From: Kofleriaceae bacterium
Lineage (GTDB): Bacteria; Myxococcota_A; Polyangia; Haliangiales; Haliangiaceae
Direction of reading: 5' to 3'
Assembly: GCA_965215005.1 (NCBI GenBank)
Contig: CBDCCZ010000004.1
Coordinates: forward strand, 192,001 to 256,000
DNA: 64,000 nt
Shown here: positions 38,734 to 47,160 of the stretch, one piece after another
Layout: each line of letters opens with the position of its first letter
Position numbering within the stretch: the stretch's first letter is position 1
The notes under the pieces: model-generated
Told to the model about the DNA's origin: nothing
What the model saw: only the letters and a program-made list of their open reading frames with translations
The model's database searches: none
Program-made: the position numbers and the translations under genes

Positions 38734-39887
38734 CGCGTCTCCCTGGTTCTGGCGCGGCGCGAGGGCGCCGGCTTGGCGGCGGGCGCCGGCTTGGCGGCGG
38801 CCGGGCGCGCTTCGCGAGCGCTATCGTCGCCGAGCGAGTCGAGGAGCCGAGGACCTCCCGGCTCGTCGTAACCACGATAGACGTTAAAGGCTTCGCGAAC
38901 GCGATCGCGAACCTCGAGCGGCAAGGCGCCGACCATACTCGGCACCACGAAGACAACGTTTTGAATGTTCTCTTCGCGCTTGCTCTTGATGCCGAACAGG
39001 TAGCCGAGTACCGGAATGTCGCTGAGCAGCCAGATTCCGGTTTGGGAGTCGCTGACCTCGTCGGCATAGAGCCCCGCGAGTGCCAGCGACTGGCCGAGCT
39101 CCAGGTTGACGACGGTATTGACGTTGGAGGTCGTACGGCCGGGCAAGCCGTCGGTGCTTGCTGCGGTCAAGCTTGCGACCTCGGCTTTGATGGTGAGCTC
39201 GATGCGGCCGGTGGCGTCGTCGTAGATGGCGCGGGTGGAGATGCTGGTGCCAAACGGGATCTTCTCGATGCCTACCGCCAGGCCGCTGCCGACGCGAAAG
39301 TTGCTCTCGCCGCCGCTCTCGTAGCTGCCTTCGCCGCCGTTGGCGACGACGACCCGCGCGTGCCGCATGATCTTGGCCCAGCCGCGATCACGCGCAAAAT
39401 CGAGGCGCGGCAGGATCTCGCTCTGCACGGTCACGCGGGTGCGATCGGGCGCCGCTGAATCGGTGACGAAGTCAGTGGAGACGCGCGCATCGAGGGAGGT
39501 TGGCAAGCTAAGGCCGAGCTGGCGCCCGTAACCATTCGAGAGCTGCACGAAATAGAAGTCGAGGCGGATGTTGCGGCGGGCGCGAATGCGCGAGACGGTG
39601 ATGCGGTAGGGAATCTTGCGGCCGTCTTGCATGATGATGAGCATCGAGGTCGTGCCCGGCGACAGCCCCAAGATCACCACTTCCCGTTGATCCTCGGTAA
39701 CCCGCACATCGGCGATGCCAGGTGCGCCCATGGAGATGGTGTCGATGCCCTCGCCATTGATGGATTTCTGGCCTCCCGGCTCGAGCTGTATCTCGCGCTC
39801 GTTCTGTGCAGGCGCCGGAGCTGACCACACGAGCGCCAACATCAGTATCCATGCCACCCGCCGCACCGCCCGAAGCGGAGCGCTCAA
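38730..39887 (-). CDS. cpaC: Tad secretin (RcpA/CpaC family)
   Basis: Signal peptide, GIADVRV...VILGLSPGTTS (pilus N-domain), LELGQSLALAGL, LSDIPVLGYLF. Confidence 0.88.
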   Translation of the reverse strand: MSAPLRAVRRVAWILMLALVWSAPAPAQNEREIQLEPGGQKSINGEGIDTISMGAPGIADVRVTEDQREVVILGLSPGTTSMLIIMQDGRKIPYRITVSRIRARRNIRLDFYFVQLSNGYGRQLGLSLPTSLDARVSTDFVTDSAAPDRTRVTVQSEILPRLDFARDRGWAKIMRHARVVVANGGEGSYESGGESNFRVGSGLAVGIEKIPFGTSISTRAIYDDATGRIELTIKAEVASLTAASTDGLPGRTTSNVNTVVNLELGQSLALAGLYADEVSDSQTGIWLLSDIPVLGYLFGIKSKREENIQNVVFVVPSMVGALPLEVRDRVREAFNVYRGYDEPGGPRLLDSLGDDSAREARPAAAKPAPAAKPAPSRRARTRETR

Positions 39888-40810
39888 CGAGAGCCTCCGC
39901 GGCGCCTGCGCCGCTCTTTGCGTTCTTTGCGCTCTTTGCGCTCTTCCTCATCACTGCGTGCGCGCTGCTCGTCGTCAGCGGCATCGTCTCCTCGCGTGGC
40001 GCTCTGCTGGTCGGCCGGCTCGTCGCTACCCTTGGCACTCTGCAGCGCCTTGCGCGCGGCTTCTTGCGCCGCCGACTCCTCTGAGCCGGTCATCGCCAGT
40101 CGTGGGAACGCGGTGGTGGTGGTAGCGCCTGGCAGGTCGTCGACCAGCCGAATATCATCGGGATTGCGCAGTGCGAGCGTGATGGCCCCGCGGTCGGATG
40201 CCAGCGTGAGCTCCTGGGCCTGCTGAATGTCCACTGCCAGACTCACCGTGGTCATCGCGCTGCTACCGGACGCGCGTCCCGCCGCGCCGCCGATGTCATC
40301 GCCAACCGCCAAGATCAAGAGGTTCTGCGCGAGCGGGACCGTCATCCGATCGCCGGTGACAGCGCTCGTAGCAGTCAAGAAGGCATCGACGCGGTCACCC
40401 GGGCGAAGCAGCCCGCTAAACGCCGACTGCCGCGTCGCTGGAATCGAGACCGCGCGCATGCCCACTCGCACCAGGCCCGCGAGGTTGCGCGATTCGCTGG
40501 TCGTGGTCGCGAGATCTGACCACAGGAGTGCTTCGCTCGGCTGCAGCGAGCTGCCGAGCCGGACGCCGATGATGCTTCTGGCTTCGGCCGCACGGATGTG
40601 ACGACGCTCTACGAAGGCCTCGGGGATTTCTCGGGTGGCGATGTGCTCGGGCCGAAGCCGCGTTCCGATAGGCAGATCGGCGGTGCTTACCACCACCGGC
40701 ACCCGATTGCCGCCGAGCGCGTTCTCCTCGAAGCGCTGCTTGTAGAGCACCAGCATGGCCGCTCCAACGAGCGACAACATGGCGGCGACGATGAATGCTC
40801 CTTTTTGCAT
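39884..40810 (-). CDS. cpaB: Flp pilus assembly protein CpaB/RcpC
   Basis: SAF domain VVVSTADLPIG, GMRAVSI, GLLRPGDRVD, LALRNPDD. Confidence 0.93.
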   Translation of the reverse strand: MQKGAFIVAAMLSLVGAAMLVLYKQRFEENALGGNRVPVVVSTADLPIGTRLRPEHIATREIPEAFVERRHIRAAEARSIIGVRLGSSLQPSEALLWSDLATTTSESRNLAGLVRVGMRAVSIPATRQSAFSGLLRPGDRVDAFLTATSAVTGDRMTVPLAQNLLILAVGDDIGGAAGRASGSSAMTTVSLAVDIQQAQELTLASDRGAITLALRNPDDIRLVDDLPGATTTTAFPRLAMTGSEESAAQEAARKALQSAKGSDEPADQQSATRGDDAADDEQRARSDEEERKERKERKERRRRRGGSR

Positions 40811-40817
40811 GCGTCTC

Positions 40818-41807
40818 CTACGGCGCGAGCTCGCGGGCCCGCGCGATCATTCGTTCGAAGTGGCCAGCGTCATCGGCGACGATGGCGGTAGCGATGCGGC
40901 CTTGATGCTCGAACAACACCACGAAGGCCATCGCACCATTGCGAGTCACGAGCAGTGAGGTCTCGGTGCTGTTTAGCTTCTCGCTGGCGTTCCAGCTCAC
41001 CTGCCAGCCGTGGGCGACGAGCAGTTTTTCGTAACCCTGGCGCTGCGCGGCAAGAGAGCCGTTGGCGCCGGTGTAGAGCGTCATGCCGTAGGAGGTGCCC
41101 TTCTCGAACACCGACAGCACTCGATTCGAGCCTTGCGGGCGCGGCAGTGCGGTGGCATCGGCGCCTGGCACATCACCGGCGATGGGAAACATTTGATCGA
41201 CGTCCATGTCCGCGGCATAGAGGCCAGCGAAGTGGGTGCGATCGCCGCGGCGCTCGGCGTAGACGTAGCGAAATCCGCCCAAGGCGCCGACGTCGCCATC
41301 GCGCAAGAACTGCTGAATCGCGGCGAGTGACTCACTCGGGCTCGACAGATCCACGCCGGTGAGGACGCAGGTGGCGAAGCCGCGGTCGCCATCTTGCGCG
41401 ATGAGCGAACGACCTGGAGGTGGCTCGCCATCGAACAGCGGCGCCAGCCTTTCATCACTGCCGGCGCCATCGCAGCGCGCCGCAAACGAGCTCAGCAGCG
41501 TCTCCACCGCATCGTCGGTGGTGCCAGTGGACAACAGAATCTCAGCGCCGTTGAATGAAACGGTGCGCGGCAGCTCTTGCGTGATCGCCCCCTGATACGC
41601 CAATAGGCGGGTTCCGAGGGTGAAGCTGCCTTCGTAGGCATGCGCGGCGATGGGCCCGCGAAGGCCGTGGACGGTGAGCGCGGCAGCCGCGAGAATGGTG
41701 AGGGCAAGTGCTGCCTTGCGCAGCGACTGCAAGGCTTGCGCGGCAAGCTGCCGCGGCGGCGGCAATTCTCCGCGTCGCCAGCGAAATAATAGCCGAATCA
41801 AGGACAC
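40818..41807 (-). CDS. Hypothetical membrane-anchored protein in the Tad operon
   Basis: 329-aa ORF with N-terminal TM, between tadE and cpaB; no family recognised. Confidence 0.7.
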   Translation of the reverse strand: MSLIRLLFRWRRGELPPPRQLAAQALQSLRKAALALTILAAAALTVHGLRGPIAAHAYEGSFTLGTRLLAYQGAITQELPRTVSFNGAEILLSTGTTDDAVETLLSSFAARCDGAGSDERLAPLFDGEPPPGRSLIAQDGDRGFATCVLTGVDLSSPSESLAAIQQFLRDGDVGALGGFRYVYAERRGDRTHFAGLYAADMDVDQMFPIAGDVPGADATALPRPQGSNRVLSVFEKGTSYGMTLYTGANGSLAAQRQGYEKLLVAHGWQVSWNASEKLNSTETSLLVTRNGAMAFVVLFEHQGRIATAIVADDAGHFERMIARARELAP

Positions 41808-42331
41808 CAGCTACCTCCGTACCAGCGCGACGGCATCAGTGCCTCGCAGATCGGGCGGAACAGGATCGGAAACGTCCAGTCGGCCTTGCGCGCGTTGCAC
41901 ATCATCGCGTGCTGACCGCCGACCTCGACGCTGCCGCCGAACAGCGCGGGGCGCGGAACACGCGCCTTGCGTCGCATTTCGAACGTTTGCCCATGTAGCG
42001 ATGCAAGCTCGGGCGCCAGGATGGGAATCCGCTGCGCGATGGTGTCGAACTTGCCAGCGGCAGCAGCGCGTAGCGCGCCGTCGCTCATCACCGTCGGTCC
42101 TTGCTGCTGAACATCGCACTGCGGCGGCAGCTGCTCGCAACCGCTCGTGGCGTAGAACCACGCGCAGCTGCGGATGCGCTCTTGGTTCTCCAGCTCGACC
42201 ACGTTGAAGCCGGCGACGTACATGCCGAGCAGCCACAGCGACACGAACACCGGAAACACCACCAGCATCTCGATGAACAGCGACCCGCGCTGCTCCGAGA
42301 AGATCGACTTATAAGTCCTGCGCGTGCGCAT
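41798..42331 (-). CDS. TadE-like minor pilin
   Basis: EQRG|SLFIE-MLVVFPVF prepilin motif with E5. Confidence 0.8.
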   Translation of the reverse strand: MRTRRTYKSIFSEQRGSLFIEMLVVFPVFVSLWLLGMYVAGFNVVELENQERIRSCAWFYATSGCEQLPPQCDVQQQGPTVMSDGALRAAAAGKFDTIAQRIPILAPELASLHGQTFEMRRKARVPRPALFGGSVEVGGQHAMMCNARKADWTFPILFRPICEALMPSRWYGGSWCP

Positions 42332-42332
42332 A

Positions 42333-43529
42333 TCAGTGAACGATCAGCTCCTCACTGCGCTCGATGGCATCGCGGATGTCGGCGCACGAGACGCCGGTGC
42401 CGCTGTTTGCGCACTCGCGGCTCATCACGTCCGGCGTGGTCTCACGGAACCGCCGGAATCGCGCGCGCCACTGCATTTGCCACAGCATCTGTGCCTGCTC
42501 GGCGTTGCCATCGAAGTAGTACTCGGCCTGCGCAAATCCAACTCGGCTGAGAATCTTGCGCAGCGCCGCGGTGCGGCCGCCGTTCTCGTTGCGCCCCCAC
42601 GCAGCCAGCCGCACCGCGCGATCGAGGTCGTCGCCGATGGTCTCGCCCACCGCGTAGAAGCGCAGTTGATAGGGCTCGCTGCCGAGCGGATCGGTGACGC
42701 GACGGCCGGGCACCTGCGCCAAGCACGCCGGCCAAAACCGCTCGCGCGCGACCTTCCAGGCTTTCTCGCGGGGCCACGGCCCGATCCCGATCGGCGTCCA
42801 AACCTTGAGGTAGGGCGAGTGCCAGACGGTGGGAATCGTGTCGGTTTCCCACGCCTGCTTCTTTAGGATCGGACGGGTGCTGATCCGACCCCACAGCGAC
42901 GCATCGGGCTCGACGCGCGCGCAGAACTCTTCAATCGGCTCGTCCTCGGTTGGCGTCTTGCCTTTCGGCACCAAGAAGCCGCCTTCGATGCCGTCTCGCT
43001 GCGCGGCCAGACCCGCTGCTTGCGCTTCGGCGAGCTGGCCGAGCTGATTCTCAATCGCGCTTTGCGCGCGGTCGGTGGCCTCCATGGTGTCGGTGAGAGC
43101 CGAGCCGTTGGCCAACACCGCGGCTTCGATACCGATCACGGCCAGCGGAAGCCGCATCGGCCCCCACAGGATGCGTCGCAGCTTGCGTTTGATTCGGCAG
43201 ATAAAGTTAAAGCCGCAGACTTTCGCGAGCTTGCGGTTGATGTAGTCGATGGTCTCGACAGCCGCCCATGCCACCGCCGCCATCGATGCCACCAGTGCAA
43301 CCGTGGCGAGCTTGACGATGTTGAGCAGTGCCAGAAGGTTCATGCCGCGGGCATGCATCACCGCGGCGGCGTAGGCTCCGGTGTCAGAGGCATCGCGCAG
43401 TCGGTCACCATGGCGAATCGCTTCGCCGATCCCGGTTAGGTAATAGAGGACGCCAACGAGCAGCAGCGAGACGAAGATCGTCATGATCAACACCGCGCCG
43501 CGCGTATCGCGCGAAAGCTCAGTACGCAT
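42333..43529 (-). CDS. TadG-like minor (tip) pilin
   Basis: DTRG|AVLIM hydrophobic helix, LRDASDTGAYAAA..ARGMN motif, AQAEYYFD...WRARFRRF C-terminus. Confidence 0.8.
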   Translation of the reverse strand: MRTELSRDTRGAVLIMTIFVSLLLVGVLYYLTGIGEAIRHGDRLRDASDTGAYAAAVMHARGMNLLALLNIVKLATVALVASMAAVAWAAVETIDYINRKLAKVCGFNFICRIKRKLRRILWGPMRLPLAVIGIEAAVLANGSALTDTMEATDRAQSAIENQLGQLAEAQAAGLAAQRDGIEGGFLVPKGKTPTEDEPIEEFCARVEPDASLWGRISTRPILKKQAWETDTIPTVWHSPYLKVWTPIGIGPWPREKAWKVARERFWPACLAQVPGRRVTDPLGSEPYQLRFYAVGETIGDDLDRAVRLAAWGRNENGGRTAALRKILSRVGFAQAEYYFDGNAEQAQMLWQMQWRARFRRFRETTPDVMSRECANSGTGVSCADIRDAIERSEELIVH

Positions 43530-44115
43530 AGCTCGCCCCCTGGTTTGGCAGCGCGGCCTCGTCGGTGAGCAGCAAGTGGCCCGCGCCGCCCCGCCATCTG
43601 CACATGATGCGGCGGGCGATGGGGACGACGCAGCGAAACCGATATTCGACCGCGACCTTGACCGTATCGCCCGGGCCGAAGCGGCCGCTGGCGCCGGGAA
43701 AGGTGATGCGGACGCGATCTTGTAGATCACGCGCCGGCGCGAGCAAGCCAGGCAGCGGCGTATTGGGTTGAGGCGCCGCAACCGCGTTGTAGAGGGTGTA
43801 GAGGCCGGGAACCTGCGCCGGGCTGCAGGTGGCTACGAGGGCAACGGCAGCGGCTTTCTCGATCGCCGCGAAGCGCTGGTTGCCCGAGGAGACATCGCCG
43901 CGCTCGGCACCGCCGTAAAACTGCGGATCGTCGTCGAGCACCACGACAGCGGCGCGCACCGCCGCAGATGCAGCGTGCGCAATCCCGAGCTTGCCGACGT
44001 ACGCGAGTGCCGACTGAGCGACACAGAACGTGAAGATCAGGAACAGCGGAGCGACGATGAGGAGCTCGACGAGCAGCGAGCCCCTCTGGTCGCGATATGC
44101 GGTGCGGCTATTCAC
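43519..44115 (-). CDS. TadE-like minor pilin
   Basis: DQRG|SLLVE-LLIVAPLF, HAASAAVRAA, VKVAVEYRFRCVVP. Confidence 0.85.
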   Translation of the reverse strand: MNSRTAYRDQRGSLLVELLIVAPLFLIFTFCVAQSALAYVGKLGIAHAASAAVRAAVVVLDDDPQFYGGAERGDVSSGNQRFAAIEKAAAVALVATCSPAQVPGLYTLYNAVAAPQPNTPLPGLLAPARDLQDRVRITFPGASGRFGPGDTVKVAVEYRFRCVVPIARRIMCRWRGGAGHLLLTDEAALPNQGASYAY

Positions 44116-44612
44116 ACCATCCACAACGCCAATAGGCTGCCGACCAAGATCGACGGCCCGAGGCGCATTTCGGTCATTTCGGTCCGCGCGACCGGTTTGC
44201 GACGCGAGCGCGGCATGACCAGGTTTAGGGTTACTCGACCCATGTTCGCGAATGCCTGCCCGAGGCGCCGTTCGCGAGCCAGCCAAACGATCGCCCACGC
44301 CGCGCTCACGAGCAGGCTCATCACCAGCATCTCCATGCCCAGCGAGACGCCGTGCAGCGCGCCGAGCGCCGCAAACAGCTTGACGTCCCCGCCGCCCATC
44401 CCATCCATGCGGAACATCAGGTAGGGCACGAGCCCGACTCCGATGATCCCCAAGACGCTGAAGATCAGCCCTTGTGACCCGTGCTGCCACCAAAACAGCA
44501 CCGGTGCCAATGCGATAGCAGGCAAGGTGAGCCAGTTGGGAATCTCACCGCGCCGCCAGTCGGTAAAGGCAGCGACGCTCACGAGGACGATCGTTGTGAC
44601 TAGCACCCACAT
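44112..44612 (-). CDS. cpaA: Prepilin peptidase (A24, CpaA/TadV)
   Basis: TDWRRGEIPNWL, GMGGGDVKLFAALG (two catalytic Asp). Confidence 0.93.
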   Translation of the reverse strand: MWVLVTTIVLVSVAAFTDWRRGEIPNWLTLPAIALAPVLFWWQHGSQGLIFSVLGIIGVGLVPYLMFRMDGMGGGDVKLFAALGALHGVSLGMEMLVMSLLVSAAWAIVWLARERRLGQAFANMGRVTLNLVMPRSRRKPVARTEMTEMRLGPSILVGSLLALWMV

Positions 44613-44623
44613 GAGAATCTTGC

Positions 44624-44866
44624 CTACGGCTCTGACTGCTCGGGGGTCGGCAGCGTGGTCTGCACGCCTTCGATCGCGTTGCCTTCTTCGCCGAACTTGG
44701 CTTTGGTCTTGTCGCCTAGGTACTTGGCGCCAAAGATGACGACGAATACGAAGATGGCGACGATGAGCAGGACCTCGAAGAATTCGATGCCTCGCTGATC
44801 TGCCAGAAGGCTCTTGCGCTTCTGCGCATCGCCGCCGAGAAGAATGTCTTTGATCCGTTGCTTCAT
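44624..44866 (-). CDS. flp: Flp-family major pilin
   Basis: DQRG|IEFFE-VLLIVAIF...LG; 80 aa; GGAG RBS. Confidence 0.8.
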   Translation of the reverse strand: MKQRIKDILLGGDAQKRKSLLADQRGIEFFEVLLIVAIFVFVVIFGAKYLGDKTKAKFGEEGNAIEGVQTTLPTPEQSEP

Positions 44867-44936
44867 GACTGAGGGCTCCTAATTGCGTCTCGTGGTTAGC
44901 GGGCCGTTTGCGAGTTCATGGCGATATGTGCAGCTC

Positions 44937-45119
44937 CTAGGGGAACGGCCCAGCGAGAGCAAGCTGCGCATACCGAAACGCGCGCAGGAGCGGAAAGCCG
45001 AGCTGAATCGCAGCGCCGGCGATCGGAAACGCAAAGAACGCCACGATGAGCACGTACTCCACGTAGACCACTCCCCGCGCATCGCGACACGCTGCAGTCC
45101 AATCTTGCTCCTCACGCAC
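44937..45119 (-). CDS. Flp-like small pilin
   Basis: DARG|VVYVEY (G-x4-EY Flp motif) followed by a hydrophobic helix; 60 aa. Confidence 0.75.
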   Translation of the reverse strand: MREEQDWTAACRDARGVVYVEYVLIVAFFAFPIAGAAIQLGFPLLRAFRYAQLALAGPFP

Positions 45120-45132
45120 GAGTCACCCCTGG

Positions 45133-45148
45133 TGCAGCACCCGTACCA
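45133..45148 (-). promoter_or_regulatory. sigma54 (-24/-12) promoter of the Tad operon
   Basis: Minus strand TGGTACG-GGTG-CTGCA (GG-N10-GC). Confidence 0.7.
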
Positions 45149-45333
45149 TTGGCTACGCTCGCTGCTAAGCGAGCGGGAACAGTGGAACTGTGTGGCAATC
45201 GGTCCAGTGCGATAAGCGGCTGCTTTACACGAACGATCGCTCAGCGGTTTACGTAAAGGTCAGAGTTGATCAATCTGGTCTAGCCACAAGTCGTGGGAGC
45301 CCCTCATTAAAGGGCTTTGAAGCTTCGCGAAGG

Positions 45334-45349
45334 CGGCACGCGCTTCGCA
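45334..45349 (+). promoter_or_regulatory. sigma54 (-24/-12) promoter of the divergent FHA/lipoprotein genes
   Basis: CGGCACG-CGCT-TCGCA (GG-N10-GC). Confidence 0.6.
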
Positions 45350-45362
45350 CGGTGAATCGCGC

Positions 45363-46310
45363 GTGAAGCCGCAAAAGGATGAGCTGGCGTGGCCGAGTCA
45401 CTTCGCCGTCGACTCCGATGTCACCGTCGTAGACGGCCTCGGTCCACAGGATCGAGCGTCAACGGCATCCATACTCGCGCTCGAAGCGACGTGCGAGCTG
45501 CAACGTGTCGAGGCGGTGGATGACCGCGGCAATCACTTCTCCGCCGCCCTCGGTCTTCGCGACCGCGCCATCCTCATTGGCTCGTCGGCATCATGTCGTT
45601 GGCGTCTCGAGCAAGATGGTGTCGAAAGTGAGCATTTGGAGCTGGTGTGGGAGCAGGGCGGACTTTGGCTGAACGCGCGAGCGCCGGTTCTGGTCGCTGG
45701 GCGGAGCGTGATCGGCTGGGAGCCGCTGCGCGAGCACGAGGTTGTGCTGGGCTCTGCCAAGCTCACTCTCAATGCTTCGAGTAAGGATGCACTGCCCGAG
45801 GTCCTCGCCGCCGAAGCGCCTAGCACGGCGCCGCAAGCGCCAGGGCTCGATGCCGATCTCGCGGAGCGCTTTGCGTTGCCGCCGGAAGACGAGAACGATG
45901 GCAGCGCCGCGCGGCCACCACTGCTTCGCCGCAAGCTCCTCGGTGCGCCGGTCTCGGCGTGGCTCGTGGTCTCCCTGGCGCTCATCACCGCGGCTTACGC
46001 GCTCACCACTGCCGATTGGCTGGATCGGGTGACTCGACCCCCGCGCGCGGTTCGGGTGCTGCCGACCGAGGTCACCGCCGGCGACGTCGACGCGAAGCCA
46101 ACGACACCGACGCGTGCTGTCGAACGCGCTGAGGTTCGACAAGCGGCCGAGCTGTTGGCGCAGCGCGACTTGGGTGCCGCACTCGCGGCCTATACCGAGC
46201 TCGCCGAAGCCGCCGGCCCGACGAGTCCCTACGCGATCTTTGCAGAGCTGCTCGGCCGTCTCTGCGCACCTGGCACCATGGGAGCTGGACCATGCACCGC
46301 AGCGCCTTGA
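45363..46310 (+). CDS. Degenerate FHA-domain membrane protein
   Basis: ILIGSSASCRWRL..DGVESEHLEL...VVLGSAKL (FHA-like), one TM, TPR-like tail. Confidence 0.65.
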   Translation: MKPQKDELAWPSHFAVDSDVTVVDGLGPQDRASTASILALEATCELQRVEAVDDRGNHFSAALGLRDRAILIGSSASCRWRLEQDGVESEHLELVWEQGGLWLNARAPVLVAGRSVIGWEPLREHEVVLGSAKLTLNASSKDALPEVLAAEAPSTAPQAPGLDADLAERFALPPEDENDGSAARPPLLRRKLLGAPVSAWLVVSLALITAAYALTTADWLDRVTRPPRAVRVLPTEVTAGDVDAKPTTPTRAVERAEVRQAAELLAQRDLGAALAAYTELAEAAGPTSPYAIFAELLGRLCAPGTMGAGPCTAAP

Positions 46311-47149
46311 TTCTCCTCGTCCCAACCTTCTTCGCGACCAGCTGCGGCGCGATGAGTCGCGGCGGTACCGAGGCGGTGACCGCAACGTTGGTGGTATCTG
46401 CCGTGCGTGACGACGGCGTTGCCGTCGCGGGGGCCTCAGTATTCGTCGGCGACACGCCGCTCGGCAAGACCAGCGCCGCGGGCGGCTTGGCGCTCGAGCT
46501 CAGCGGCGCCGAGGGCGACCGCTTTGCCATCGGTGCCAGCTGCCCCGATCCGCTGCGACTGGTGGCGCAGTCGCTGCCGGAAATCGTGTTGAGCGAGATC
46601 CGCGGGTATGGCGCCGAGCCAGCGCAGCTCGAGCTAGTGGTGACGTGCCAGCGACCGCGACGCAGCGTGGCGGTGCTGGTGCGTGCGCGCGGTGAGATTC
46701 TCGAGCTCAAGGAGAAGCGCGCCAAACGCCGCGGCAAAGAGCTTCGCACCACCGTCACGGAGGTGGAGGAGCTACCGCTGGTGGATGTATCGGTGTTGCT
46801 CAATGGGCAGCTTTTGGCCAAGACCGACGCCGATGGGCTGGCGCACTTGGCGTTCGAGGTGAGTCCGAGCACGAGCTTCGAGCTCACGCTCGACACCGCC
46901 AGTGCTGGCTACGAGGAGCTCGTTCCGCACAATCCCACGGCAACGTTCGATGTTCGCGAGAGCGACGAGCTGTATGTTTTCGATCAGGTGCTGCGCGATC
47001 GTCGCTATGTTGCCGATCTGCCGCCGGCACCCAAGCCGCGCCGGGTTCGGCGCAGTCGTCCCGACGCAGAGCCGGAGCCGGAGCAGCACCGCATCAAGAT
47101 CCTTCGCGGCGGGATCGATTCCGGCGTGCATACGATGCGGCCGAAATGA
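46292..47149 (+). CDS. Hypothetical lipoprotein (PEGA/carboxypeptidase-regulatory-like beta repeats)
   Basis: Lipobox ATSC; two V.V....LGKT..G repeats. Confidence 0.65.
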   Translation: MHRSALILLVPTFFATSCGAMSRGGTEAVTATLVVSAVRDDGVAVAGASVFVGDTPLGKTSAAGGLALELSGAEGDRFAIGASCPDPLRLVAQSLPEIVLSEIRGYGAEPAQLELVVTCQRPRRSVAVLVRARGEILELKEKRAKRRGKELRTTVTEVEELPLVDVSVLLNGQLLAKTDADGLAHLAFEVSPSTSFELTLDTASAGYEELVPHNPTATFDVRESDELYVFDQVLRDRRYVADLPPAPKPRRVRRSRPDAEPEPEQHRIKILRGGIDSGVHTMRPK

Positions 47150-47160
47150 CCGAAGCGCGG

